A stretch of 24,931 bases of DNA from Acaryochloridaceae cyanobacterium VAR_48_metabat_390 (lineage in GTDB: Bacteria > Cyanobacteriota > Cyanobacteriia > Thermosynechococcales > Thermosynechococcaceae): contig JANPLU010000091.1 in NCBI GenBank assembly GCA_031422435.1, positions 1-24,931 of the forward strand, in the 5' to 3' direction. The translations under genes were made by a program, and so were the position numbers. This document shows, in pieces, positions 16,553-24,931 of this stretch (position 1 is its first letter; each line of letters begins with the position of its first letter). Below the pieces are notes generated by a model that had not been told where the DNA came from, ran no database searches, and saw only the letters and a program-made list of their open reading frames with translations.

Positions 16553-17368
16553 ATGCGTGAAGTCTCTCCACCCCCATCCTTTTGGACTCGACTGGCGCAA
16601 CTGCGAACCACGATTGGGTTTTATCTAGACGATATCCAAACGCCTTTGGGGGTTGCGATCGATGTCATTATCACCCTACTGGTTCTAATCTCGGTTGCGG
16701 TGTTTATTGCCCAAACCTATGCGCTGCCGGAACAGGTTCGAGCTTTTCTAGATGCGCTCAATACCGCAGTTCTTTGGATTTTTGTGGCTGAGTATGCCCT
16801 CAGGCTGTGGTGCGCTGAAAACCGTCTCCGCTTTGTTTTTAATGTCTATGCCATTATTGACCTTGTAACGATCGCCCCCTTTGTGATTGGGCTAAGCGAC
16901 GTTGGGTTTCTGCGCATTTTTCGATGGTTTCGCATTCTGCGACTCATTCGGTTTTTAGAGAATAAGACGATCTGGGGCAACGTCCGGTCTGAAGATGCCC
17001 CGATTTTTATCCGAATTTTGTTTACGCTCTTTGCGATCGTCTTTGTCTACTCTGGCTTGATTTATCAGGCAGAACATCTGGTAAACGCAAAAGAATTTGC
17101 AACCTTTTTGGATGCGTTTTATTTTTCGGTTGTCACCATGACCACCGTTGGGTTTGGGGATGTAACCCCCATCACCGAGACAGGGAAGTTTTTGACGGTT
17201 TTGATGATTGTGACGGGCGTAGCGCTTATCCCTTGGCAGGTGGGCGATTTGGTACGGCGGCTGGTTAAAAGCGGTGCTCAGACTGAAGTGATGTGCGCTG
17301 GATGTGGGCTTGCGTTCCATGACCAAGATGCCCAATTTTGCAGACGGTGCGGGACTCGCCTCCCTTGA
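16553..17368 (+). CDS. 6-TM potassium channel/ion transporter with C-terminal CxxC...CxxC zinc ribbon
   Basis: S4 sensor LRIFRWFRILRLIRF, filter TMTTVGFGD, tail CAGC...CRRC. Confidence 0.92.
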   Translation: MREVSPPPSFWTRLAQLRTTIGFYLDDIQTPLGVAIDVIITLLVLISVAVFIAQTYALPEQVRAFLDALNTAVLWIFVAEYALRLWCAENRLRFVFNVYAIIDLVTIAPFVIGLSDVGFLRIFRWFRILRLIRFLENKTIWGNVRSEDAPIFIRILFTLFAIVFVYSGLIYQAEHLVNAKEFATFLDAFYFSVVTMTTVGFGDVTPITETGKFLTVLMIVTGVALIPWQVGDLVRRLVKSGAQTEVMCAGCGLAFHDQDAQFCRRCGTRLP

Positions 17369-17517
17369 GAAAAAGAAGTTCAATTTGAAGGGGGATGGAT
17401 TTGAATCTTGCTTACGCCTTACAGTCGTGTAAGGATTGCCTATTCTTCCTGGACAATCTGATTCACAATTGAAGAAAGCGCTTGCTTGAAGTCAGTTCTG
17501 CCGAGGAGTTTATTGTC

Positions 17518-17835
17518 ATGTCTGTCCAAAAAGAGTTCACGAGTTTTGAAGATTTGATTGCGTCTGCTGATAAGCCGCTACTGGTTGATTTTTATGCCAC
17601 CTGGTGTGGGCCTTGCCGGATGTTGGTGCCCATTCTAGATCAGGTGCAGGCTTTGTTGAGAGGTAAACTTCAGATCGTCAAAATTGACACCGATCGCTAT
17701 CCAGACCTGGCTACTCAATACGAAATCCATGCGCTGCCGACCTTGGTGTTGTTTAAACAGGGTCAGCCCGTCGAGCGGATTGAAGGCGTGATGCCTCCAG
17801 AACAGCTTGTTGACCGCCTTACGCCTTTGCTGTAG
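17518..17835 (+). CDS. Thioredoxin (probably y-type/TrxQ-like)
   Basis: WCGPC active site, VKIDTDRYP, ALPTLVLFK. GAGGAG RBS at 17503-17508. Confidence 0.93.
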   Translation: MSVQKEFTSFEDLIASADKPLLVDFYATWCGPCRMLVPILDQVQALLRGKLQIVKIDTDRYPDLATQYEIHALPTLVLFKQGQPVERIEGVMPPEQLVDRLTPLL

Positions 17836-17966
17836 ATCTTGCAGAGATAAAAAATGCGATCGCCTGCGGAGGGGTTGAGCTGCAGCAAACCCTAAAACTG
17901 GCACTATCATGGCGGATAAAGATTCTAGACCCGTGAAGTCCTTGAGGGTTAGTGAGGTCACGGTCA

Positions 17967-18587
17967 ATGGCTCAGATCTATACCACCCAAGATTTAGCGC
18001 AGATTCTCGCTCACGAGCGTGAAGCATGTTTGCGGGGCGATCGCCTGAGCCTAACGGCTTCTACTACCCGCTTTCACCCCGTTGTGGAACCGTTTGTGAA
18101 TGCCGAAGGGGTACAAAAATTTACCGCCTACTGCGACTTCCGCGATGCTGTTCATGAGTATCAGCGTAAGCATCAGGTATCTGGGCTATTGTGGCGCAAG
18201 TTTACGGTCAAGGACGTTTCGCTGGAGTATCCAGAAGTGGACGATCACCTGATTGCGCTGCCGGAGGATTTAGAAATTTTAGCGGCTCATAAAACGCTGG
18301 TGCTGACGTTTTGGCAGCAGATCGCGCAAGGCATGGAGACTTACTGCCATCAGGCCAAGCATATTCCCCACAGACCTGTGAGTTCGTCCCAAATCGAAAT
18401 TCAGTCTCAGCGCTCTGAGTGGGCGTATCTGCATAAACTTGAATACCCTGGAGCCTTGGAAATTACGCTTCAGCTCGGCTGGGGCTGCCCGAAGGAGGCG
18501 CTGTACCAAAAATACTGGCCGATCTCCGGCTGCTGCTTTATCCATGCTGTGGAGCCGGGACGGGTGCCTCAGAGCGCGTACTACTAG
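17967..18587 (+). CDS. Hypothetical protein
   Basis: 206-aa ORF filling the intergenic space, GAGG RBS, protein-like composition. No family recognised. Confidence 0.75.
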   Translation: MAQIYTTQDLAQILAHEREACLRGDRLSLTASTTRFHPVVEPFVNAEGVQKFTAYCDFRDAVHEYQRKHQVSGLLWRKFTVKDVSLEYPEVDDHLIALPEDLEILAAHKTLVLTFWQQIAQGMETYCHQAKHIPHRPVSSSQIEIQSQRSEWAYLHKLEYPGALEITLQLGWGCPKEALYQKYWPISGCCFIHAVEPGRVPQSAYY

Positions 18588-19293
18588 ATTCTTTACCGTC
18601 TTCAAAAAGCTGAATTAAGCGCGGTACTTCAAGCTGATCTAGATAGTCTATCGCCCAGTTAGAGCGGCGCTGCATCATGTGAAAGGGATAGGTATGGGCT
18701 ACACCCACTACCGGAATTTGAGCATTGTGGGCAGATGCTAGGCCAGGGAAGCTATCTTCAATGGCAAGGCAGTCTTGAGGGCGTAGATCTAGATTTGGGT
18801 AACGGGTGTTGAATTGGGCGATCGCCGTTTCATAGCCTTCAGGGGACGGTTTGCTGGTGGAAATATCTTCTGCTGCCACAACTAAGTCAAACGCATCTTG
18901 CAGATTTGCCTTCGCTAACACCCATTCAATTTCAGCCCGCAGGGCACCGCTCACGATGCCGAGCTTGATCTGGCTATCTTGCAGAGATTTAACGAGGGTT
19001 TCAACGCCTGGATACAGGGGAAGCGTTTCTAATACCTGAAGCTTTTGCTGGTAAGCGATCGCCTTTTGATTGAGCAGTTTAGTGATGTAGTCTGAGGCTA
19101 CGACCCGCCCGCGCGCGTTGAATAGCTCTTGGAAACAGGCGCGATCGCTGCGGCCTAGGCCAAACTGCTGAAAATCTTCGGGTGTAATGCGGACGTTTTC
19201 TGACAGCATCACGTCTTGGATGAGCTGTTCGTGAATGGATTCATCATCTAAAATAACGCCGTTAAAGTCAAACAAAACGACTTTTAGCGACAT
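18538..19293 (-). CDS. HAD-IA family phosphatase (beta-PGM/CbbY-like)
   Basis: VLFDFNGVI, SKPSPEGY, CLAIEDSFPG. Confidence 0.9.
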   Translation of the reverse strand: MSLKVVLFDFNGVILDDESIHEQLIQDVMLSENVRITPEDFQQFGLGRSDRACFQELFNARGRVVASDYITKLLNQKAIAYQQKLQVLETLPLYPGVETLVKSLQDSQIKLGIVSGALRAEIEWVLAKANLQDAFDLVVAAEDISTSKPSPEGYETAIAQFNTRYPNLDLRPQDCLAIEDSFPGLASAHNAQIPVVGVAHTYPFHMMQRRSNWAIDYLDQLEVPRLIQLFEDGKESSSTRSEAPVPAPQHG

Positions 19294-19471
19294 AGGTTCA
19301 AATCCTGGACAGCCCTGGTCATTGCTCAATGTTATTAAATGCTGTCTCTCAGTTTAGCGCTCTGTTTGCTCTACGGGATCAGTGGGCTGACTGAGCCTCG
19401 GCAGTAGCGTAGAAAACGGCGACATTCGGTATGCTATGCCCAAGGATGCCAATTTTTGCGGGAGTGTAGTG

Positions 19472-19945
19472 ATGAAAACAAAGGTGTTGGGGGTGTTGCT
19501 CAATGGGGTGAGTCAAATTCAGGCGGGTCTGGGTGCCATTGACCCGGAACTGCGGATTCCGATGGCGATCGCCTTGGGTGCAGTGCCTGGTGCCCTCAGC
19601 CGCTATTACATCACGCGGTGGTGCACTCAGTGGTTCGGGCTAGGGTTTCCCTTGGGTACGCTAATTATCAACCTGTCTGGGGCGCTGGTGATGGGCTTCT
19701 TTGCAACTTTTACGATAGAACGGGCGAACTCTGGATGTGCAGCTCTCGCATCTTCAGATATGCGAGCTTTGATTGCGGTAGGTTTTTTGGGGGCTTACAC
19801 CACATTTTCAACCTATGCCTTGGAAACAACGACCCTACTTCACGGCGGATATTTAGGAAAATCTCTAATTTACTGGGGTGGAAGCGCCGTTCTAGGAGTT
19901 TTTTGCCTAGAATTGGGCAGTGCACTGGCTCGAAAATTTGGATGA
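19472..19945 (+). CDS. crcB: Fluoride efflux channel Fluc/CrcB
   Basis: GALSRY, FPLGTLIIN, GFLGAYTTFSTY. GGAG precedes ATG 19472; start uncertain. Confidence 0.92.
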   Translation: MKTKVLGVLLNGVSQIQAGLGAIDPELRIPMAIALGAVPGALSRYYITRWCTQWFGLGFPLGTLIINLSGALVMGFFATFTIERANSGCAALASSDMRALIAVGFLGAYTTFSTYALETTTLLHGGYLGKSLIYWGGSAVLGVFCLELGSALARKFG

Positions 19946-20763
19946 TCCCAGCAAGGCTGGACTGACTGAGGTGCAAAAAAATTCTGAAAATTATTGTGAT
20001 CGCAGTCTTTGCTGAGGTAGGCGATCACAGTCTTGAACCTGCCTTAAGGTATCGTCTTTGATCACATTCTTCTCTGTCTTAGGCGTTATGGGGGACAGAG
20101 ATCGGTTTAGCCTATTACCCGCCTCCAAACTGCCCACTAAGACGCGTTCCTTCCTGAAAATCCTTGTGTTAAGGCAGCTCTCCACAATTTTCTGGCGCGC
20201 GTACGGATTCAATGGATTTTTGCGACTTTTTCGTCTGCAATCTAAAAGATTAAGGCGCGGCCTCTGAGTTATATCGCTCTTTGCCGGTGAAATAGAGATT
20301 GTTGAAACAATGGGTACACCTTAGGGAATAATTGAGTATATTTACTTACTAAAATCATTAAATGTAAAATCTTAAAAATATTCATTATTAATTAACCTTA
20401 GCTATTTTTAACCTAAAGCTATCTCCAAATACTTGTCCACAAAGAACTCCAGGCATTTTTGTTAACCTTGCTGCACAGCTCTTTGCTAAAAATACACGCT
20501 GTTAGGGGCTTGCTTTATTGGAAAATATTACAATAATTAATATAAGTGAGCGCTTTGTTAAATTTCATTGCTAAACGGGATCCGTATCGCTAAAGGGTAA
20601 AGCCTCTAACTGTTGTGATGTAAAGACTGCGGTATGTTTCACCTAGTTCATCGCATCTCCCTTCAGCTCCTGATAGCGATCTTCCTTTACCAAAAAAAAG
20701 GAACTCGGCCCAACGCAAGGCCGCTCAACGACCAGTAACTTCCAATAGGTGAGGCTTCTAGGC

Positions 20764-21720
20764 ATGAGAGCATCCGAAACATCTAAAGATTTGGTGCGGA
20801 CTTATTTACGAGAAATTGGTCGCGTCCCACTGCTCACCCACGAGCAGGAGATTACCTACGGTAAACAGGTACAAAGCCTGAATCTCCTCAATCACATCAA
20901 AGAACAGCTTCAAGGGCAGCTAGAGCGAGAGCCAACCCTCGAAGAATGGGCGATCGCCGCCAATGCCGAAGCCGCGACGCTTCAAAGCGCTGTCTCTGAA
21001 GGGGAACTCGCCAAACGTCGCATGGTTGAGGCTAACCTGCGGCTGGTGGTGTCCGTTGCCAAAAAGTACATCAAACGCAACGTAGACCTGCTGGATCTGA
21101 TTCAAGAGGGCACTATCGGGATGCAGCGCGGGGTCGAAAAATTTGACCCCACCAAAGGCTATCGGTTCTCTACCTACGCCTACTGGTGGATTCGGCAGGC
21201 CATTACCAGGGCGATCGCCGAAAAAGGACGCACCATCCGCCTCCCCATCCACATCACCGAAAAACTCAACAAAATCAAGAAAACCCAGCGCATTCTCTCC
21301 CAGCAGTTTGGGCGAGCCGCCACCATTGCAGAACTGGCGGATGAGCTAGAGTTAACCCCGCGCCAAGTCCGTGACTATCTCGAAAAAGCCCGACAGCCCC
21401 TGTCTTTAGACGTGCGCGTTGGCGACAATCAAGATACCGAACTGGGTGAACTGCTCGAAGACCCCGCCGAGTCTCCAGAAGACTACACTCTGCAAACCTG
21501 CCTGCGGCAAGACCTCGAAAAGCTGATGAATGACCTCACCCCCCAACAGCGACAGGTGTTAAACCTCCGCTTTGGGCTAGAAGATGGGCAGCCCCTCACC
21601 TTAGCTAAAGTGGGCGAATGCCTCAACATCAGTCGAGAGCGAGTCCGCCAAATTGAACGCGAAGCCCTCACCAAGCTGCGTAAGCGTCGAGGCGATATTC
21701 ATGAGTACATGGCAAGTTAA
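20764..21720 (+). CDS. sigD: Group 2 sigma-70 factor, SigD/RpoD3-like
   Basis: [53 protein letters not shown]. No region 1.1. [12 protein letters not shown] resembles the SigD clade. Confidence 0.85.
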   Translation: MRASETSKDLVRTYLREIGRVPLLTHEQEITYGKQVQSLNLLNHIKEQLQGQLEREPTLEEWAIAANAEAATLQSAVSEGELAKRRMVEANLRLVVSVAKKYIKRNVDLLDLIQEGTIGMQRGVEKFDPTKGYRFSTYAYWWIRQAITRAIAEKGRTIRLPIHITEKLNKIKKTQRILSQQFGRAATIAELADELELTPRQVRDYLEKARQPLSLDVRVGDNQDTELGELLEDPAESPEDYTLQTCLRQDLEKLMNDLTPQQRQVLNLRFGLEDGQPLTLAKVGECLNISRERVRQIEREALTKLRKRRGDIHEYMAS

Positions 21721-21845
21721 GGAGTATCTTTATCTAAAGACAAGAACGGTCTAGGGTTATTACGCCCTCCATCGTTCGGTTTTGCCCCCTTAAAAGCATC
21801 CCTGCGGTTGCTACATTGAATTGAGATTCAGTGCTTGCATCTTAA

Positions 21846-21880
21846 TTAAGTTCTGGGAGTGAGAAACCCCCAGAACTTAA
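21846..21880 (+). other. Perfect 12-bp stem-loop in the probable 5' UTR of the DUF760 gene
   Basis: TTAAGTTCTGGG (21846-21857) pairs with CCCAGAACTTAA (21869-21880). Lies downstream of an extended -10 TGcTACATT (21809-21817). Confidence 0.7.
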
Positions 21881-21968
21881 ATTTCCAGACCTGCGATAAA
21901 AACGCTAAGGCGGCATCTGATTTTATTTCATACATCAACTCCTGCATCCTGTTTTTACGGATACCCTC

Positions 21969-22310
21969 ATGAATCAAGCTGCAAACTTTGGTGGAAAAAA
22001 CACAGAGACAACCAACCAGCTTTGGAAATACGTCTCTTCCCTAGAGCCAGACACAATGGCTCGGCTCTCTCAGCCAGCCTCAGATGAAGTGCTTCAGGTC
22101 ATGGAGCGGCACGTTGTGGCAATGCTGGGGCAGCTCCCCTCCGAACACTTTGACGTCATGATCAACACCAGTCGTGAAAACCTGGGGCGCTTAGTAGCAT
22201 CTGCCATGATGAACGGCTACTTCCTGCGAGCCGCAGAGCAGCGGATGGCCTTTGAAAACATGATGCAGGATAACGCAACGCCAGTGGGCGATCGCCCCTC
22301 TGAACCTTAA
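21969..22310 (+). CDS. DUF760 family protein
   Basis: NQLWKYVSSLEP, LGQLPSEHFDV, TSRENLGRLVASAMMNGYFLR..EQR. Confidence 0.9.
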   Translation: MNQAANFGGKNTETTNQLWKYVSSLEPDTMARLSQPASDEVLQVMERHVVAMLGQLPSEHFDVMINTSRENLGRLVASAMMNGYFLRAAEQRMAFENMMQDNATPVGDRPSEP

Positions 22311-22328
22311 CGCACCCTTGGAGATGGC

Positions 22329-23486
22329 GTGACGCCTCAGTCTATAAAACCGCCTCTATCAACACTCCCGCCAGACAATAACGCCTGGCGGGAGTTCCAT
22401 ATTGGGGAACTTCGGCGATCGCTCCTTAATTGGTATGCCCACCAAGGCCGAGAACTGCCCTGGCGCAATACCTCAGATCCCTACGCCATCTGGGTTTCTG
22501 AAATTATGCTTCAGCAAACCCAAGTCAAAACGGTTTTACCCTACTACCAACGCTGGCTAGAGCGCTTTCCTACAGTTCAGTCCTTAGCCGAAGCTGAACA
22601 GCAGGCAGTTTTAATGCTGTGGCAGGGCTTAGGCTACTACGCACGAGCGCGGAATCTTCACAAAGCCGCCCAAAAAGTGATGTCAGACTATGGCGGTCAA
22701 TTCCCAACGCAGATAGCAGAAGTTCTAAAACTTCCTGGCATTGGCAAAACCACAGCAGGTGGCATTCTTAGCTCAGCCTTTCATCAGGCATTGCCCATTT
22801 TAGATGGTAACGTTAAGCGCGTACTGGCACGGCTTGCAGGGCTATTGATTCCCACAAAATATGCCTTATCCTTTCTATGGAAAGGGTCTGGAATCTTGCT
22901 AGATCCTAACGATCCAAAAGCATTCAATCAGGCGCTCATGGATCTAGGCGCGACGATATGTATGCCCAAGCAGCCCACCTGTTTGCTGTGTCCGTGGTCA
23001 AATGTTTGTCAGGCGCATCACCTTAACCTACAGTCGGTAATTCCTATGTCAGAAACCCGTGAACCCATTCCTCATAAGCTGATTGGCGTTGCCGTGATTT
23101 GGAATGAGCAAGGCCAAATTCTAATTGATAAGCGGCCTCAAAGCGGCTTGTTAGGTGGCCTCTGGGAATTCCCAGGGGGTAAATTAGAACCCAATGAAAC
23201 CCTTGCCGAATGCGTGGTGCGTGAAATTCAGGAGGAATTGGGCATAGACATAGAAGTGCTAGAGCATTTCATGACCCTTGATCATGCCTATACACATTTT
23301 AAGGTGACGCTCTCTGTTCATCACTGCCGCCACGTTTCCGGTGAACCGCAGCCTATTGAATGTGATGAAGTGAAGTGGGTCACGCTAGACGAACTCGATC
23401 AGTATCCATTTCCCACAGCAAATCAAAAGATTATTGCGGCACTGCGAGAGAACGGAATGCCCCCTAGCATGGTGCCCATGTCTTGA
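22329..23486 (+). CDS. mutY: A/G-specific adenine glycosylase with C-terminal MutT-like NUDIX domain
   Basis: WVSEIMLQQTQV, WQGLGYYARA, HhH LPGIGKTTA, LDGNVKRV, and [4Fe-4S] motif C-x6-C-x2-C-x5-C. Start uncertain. Confidence 0.95.
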   Translation: MTPQSIKPPLSTLPPDNNAWREFHIGELRRSLLNWYAHQGRELPWRNTSDPYAIWVSEIMLQQTQVKTVLPYYQRWLERFPTVQSLAEAEQQAVLMLWQGLGYYARARNLHKAAQKVMSDYGGQFPTQIAEVLKLPGIGKTTAGGILSSAFHQALPILDGNVKRVLARLAGLLIPTKYALSFLWKGSGILLDPNDPKAFNQALMDLGATICMPKQPTCLLCPWSNVCQAHHLNLQSVIPMSETREPIPHKLIGVAVIWNEQGQILIDKRPQSGLLGGLWEFPGGKLEPNETLAECVVREIQEELGIDIEVLEHFMTLDHAYTHFKVTLSVHHCRHVSGEPQPIECDEVKWVTLDELDQYPFPTANQKIIAALRENGMPPSMVPMS

Positions 23487-23591
23487 GACGTGGTGTGGCG
23501 ATAGCTACGCACCAAGAGTCCGCCATATTCTCTATTTTGATCAAACCAATCGCTACAGTGATGTAAGACGCGCAGTACGCAGCAGGATGAC

Positions 23592-24722
23592 ATGACAAGA
23601 TCCGGAATCGGCATCAGAACGGCTCAAGATCGTTCTGAAAGAATTACAGGCCAAGTTCATGTATATGATGGCACAGGTAAAGGGAAGTCCCAGGCTGCCT
23701 TGGGGGTTGTACTGCGCTCCATTGGTCTAGGGATTGGCTCCACTTTTCAAACCAGAGTATTGTTATTGAGGTTTCTCAAAGGCCCAGGCCGCACCTACGA
23801 CGAAGATGCCGCCATCGAAGCCCTTCAACGCGCCTTCCCCCACCTCATCGATCAGGTTAGAACCGGACGAGCAGAATTTTTCAACGCCGATGAAGTCACC
23901 CGCTTTGATCGCCTAGAAGCTCAGCGCGGCTGGGATATTGCCAAAGGGGCGATCGCATCCGGTCTCTACTCCGTCATCGTCCTCGACGAACTCAACCCCG
24001 TCCTAGATCTGGGACTGTTGCCTGTCGATGAAGTGGTGAGATCGCTCAAGCAAAAGCCAGATCACCTCGAAATCATCACCACAGGGCGTGGCACCCCTCA
24101 AGCCCTTATGGATATCGCCGATCTGCATTCAGAAATGCGACCCCATAGTCCAGAAGGCAACCACCAAGGTATCGAAGGCATTGAAATCTACACAGGTGCA
24201 GGCAAAGGTAAATCCACTAGCGCCCTCGGTCGCGCCCTCCAAGCGATCGGTCGTGGCATCAGCCAAGATCAATCCCACCGCGTTCTCATCATGCAGTGGC
24301 TCAAAGGCGGTTCCGGCTACACCGAAGATGCCGCCGTCGCCGCCATGCAGCAAAGCTACCCTAGTCTCGTAGATCACCAGCGTTGCGGCAGAGATGCGAT
24401 CGTCTGGCGGGGGCAACAGCAAGAGCTAGATTACGTCGAAGCCGAACGGGGTTGGGAAATTGCGAGAGCTGCGATCGCCTCAGGACTTTACAAAACCATC
24501 ATCCTCGACGAACTCAACCCCACCGTAGACCTAGAACTCCTCCCTGAAGAACCGATTCTTCAAGCCTTTCTCCGAAAACCCCGCGATACCGAAATCATCA
24601 TCACAGGCCGCTGCAAAAACAATCCCTCTTATTTCGCCCTAGCCAGCACCCATTCCGAGATGATTTGCCACAAACACTACGCCGAAAAAGGCATAGAACT
24701 CAAAAGAGGCGTAGATTTTTAA
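23592..24722 (+). CDS. cobO: Cob(I)yrinic acid a,c-diamide adenosyltransferase, tandem two-domain form
   Basis: Two P-loops (YDGTGKGKS, YTGAGKGKS), two LDELNP and two IIxTGR motifs. Confidence 0.92.
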   Translation: MTRSGIGIRTAQDRSERITGQVHVYDGTGKGKSQAALGVVLRSIGLGIGSTFQTRVLLLRFLKGPGRTYDEDAAIEALQRAFPHLIDQVRTGRAEFFNADEVTRFDRLEAQRGWDIAKGAIASGLYSVIVLDELNPVLDLGLLPVDEVVRSLKQKPDHLEIITTGRGTPQALMDIADLHSEMRPHSPEGNHQGIEGIEIYTGAGKGKSTSALGRALQAIGRGISQDQSHRVLIMQWLKGGSGYTEDAAVAAMQQSYPSLVDHQRCGRDAIVWRGQQQELDYVEAERGWEIARAAIASGLYKTIILDELNPTVDLELLPEEPILQAFLRKPRDTEIIITGRCKNNPSYFALASTHSEMICHKHYAEKGIELKRGVDF

Positions 24723-24738
24723 TCTTCTCCATCCCCCT

Positions 24739-24772
24739 AAAAAGGCTCCAGGCATAAACCTGGAGCCTTTTT
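24739..24772. terminator. Intrinsic, potentially bidirectional terminator after cobO
   Basis: AAAAAGGCTCCAGG-cataaa-CCTGGAGCCTTTTT, a perfect 14-bp inverted repeat. Confidence 0.92.
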
Positions 24773-24817
24773 AATGTTGATCTTGAGATAAATCCGAAAA
24801 TTCTTTTCTCTACCCCA

Positions 24818-24931
24818 TTGACAACCCCTCTTTCCCTTGATACATTAGTAAAGCGCTCGAGAGACGAAGTCACTCGAACCGCCCAGAACCTAGACAAATC
24901 AATAGTTTGAAAGATTCTTAAAGAATTTTTA
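24818..24931 (+). promoter_or_regulatory. rRNA operon promoter and leader (boxB hairpin, boxA); 16S gene expected beyond the window
   Basis: TTGACA (24818-24823), 17 bp, TACATT (24841-24846). Hairpin at 24857-24877. GAACCTAGACAA (24886-24897) resembles cyanobacterial boxA. Confidence 0.8.

Larger units (their letters stand above)
638..24478. repeat. Dispersed HIP1 octamer GCGATCGC
   Basis: About 38 perfect copies counted by eye (e.g. 638, 871, 5733, 14431, 19141, 24471), against fewer than 1 expected by chance. Confidence 0.95.

Noticed and set aside
19330..19471. Fluoride riboswitch upstream of crcB
   Set aside because: I could not find the GGCGATGG...CGCC / CTGATGAC...CTAC consensus by eye; cmscan would settle it.
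23487..23591. Cobalamin riboswitch before cobO
   Set aside because: Only 105 bp, containing a -10-like TACAGT and an RBS; no B12-box recognised.
1..24931. CRISPR array, tRNA or prophage
   Set aside because: No regularly spaced repeats, tRNA cloverleaf or phage genes seen; the recurrent palindromes are HIP1.

Overview
Cyanobacterial chromosomal segment: dense HIP1 GCGATCGC, btpA, a sigD-type sigma factor, DUF760 and a tandem-domain CobO. In order it holds: a probable IS end that truncates an ABC-ATPase gene; ACT-domain malic enzyme; a VapC/PIN remnant; a minus-strand mtnD-mtnW (RuBisCO-like)-mtnX-thiO cluster; an RND efflux pair; an SDR oxidoreductase; btpA; folK-NUDIX; a nucleoside-phosphorylase-fold gene divergent from a squalene-synthase-like gene; a K+ channel; thioredoxin; a hypothetical; a HAD phosphatase; crcB; sigD; DUF760; a mutY-mutT fusion; cobO; a terminator; and an rRNA-operon promoter and leader at the right edge. 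The most novel-looking element is non-coding. The SDR gene has a ~275-nt leader with a Shine-Dalgarno-led 12-codon uORF ending Cys-Cys-stop (MQYHVYNSVFCC*), followed by mutually exclusive helices reaching the SDR ribosome-binding site. This is a candidate cysteine-sensing translational attenuator. All motif and folding calls were made by eye.
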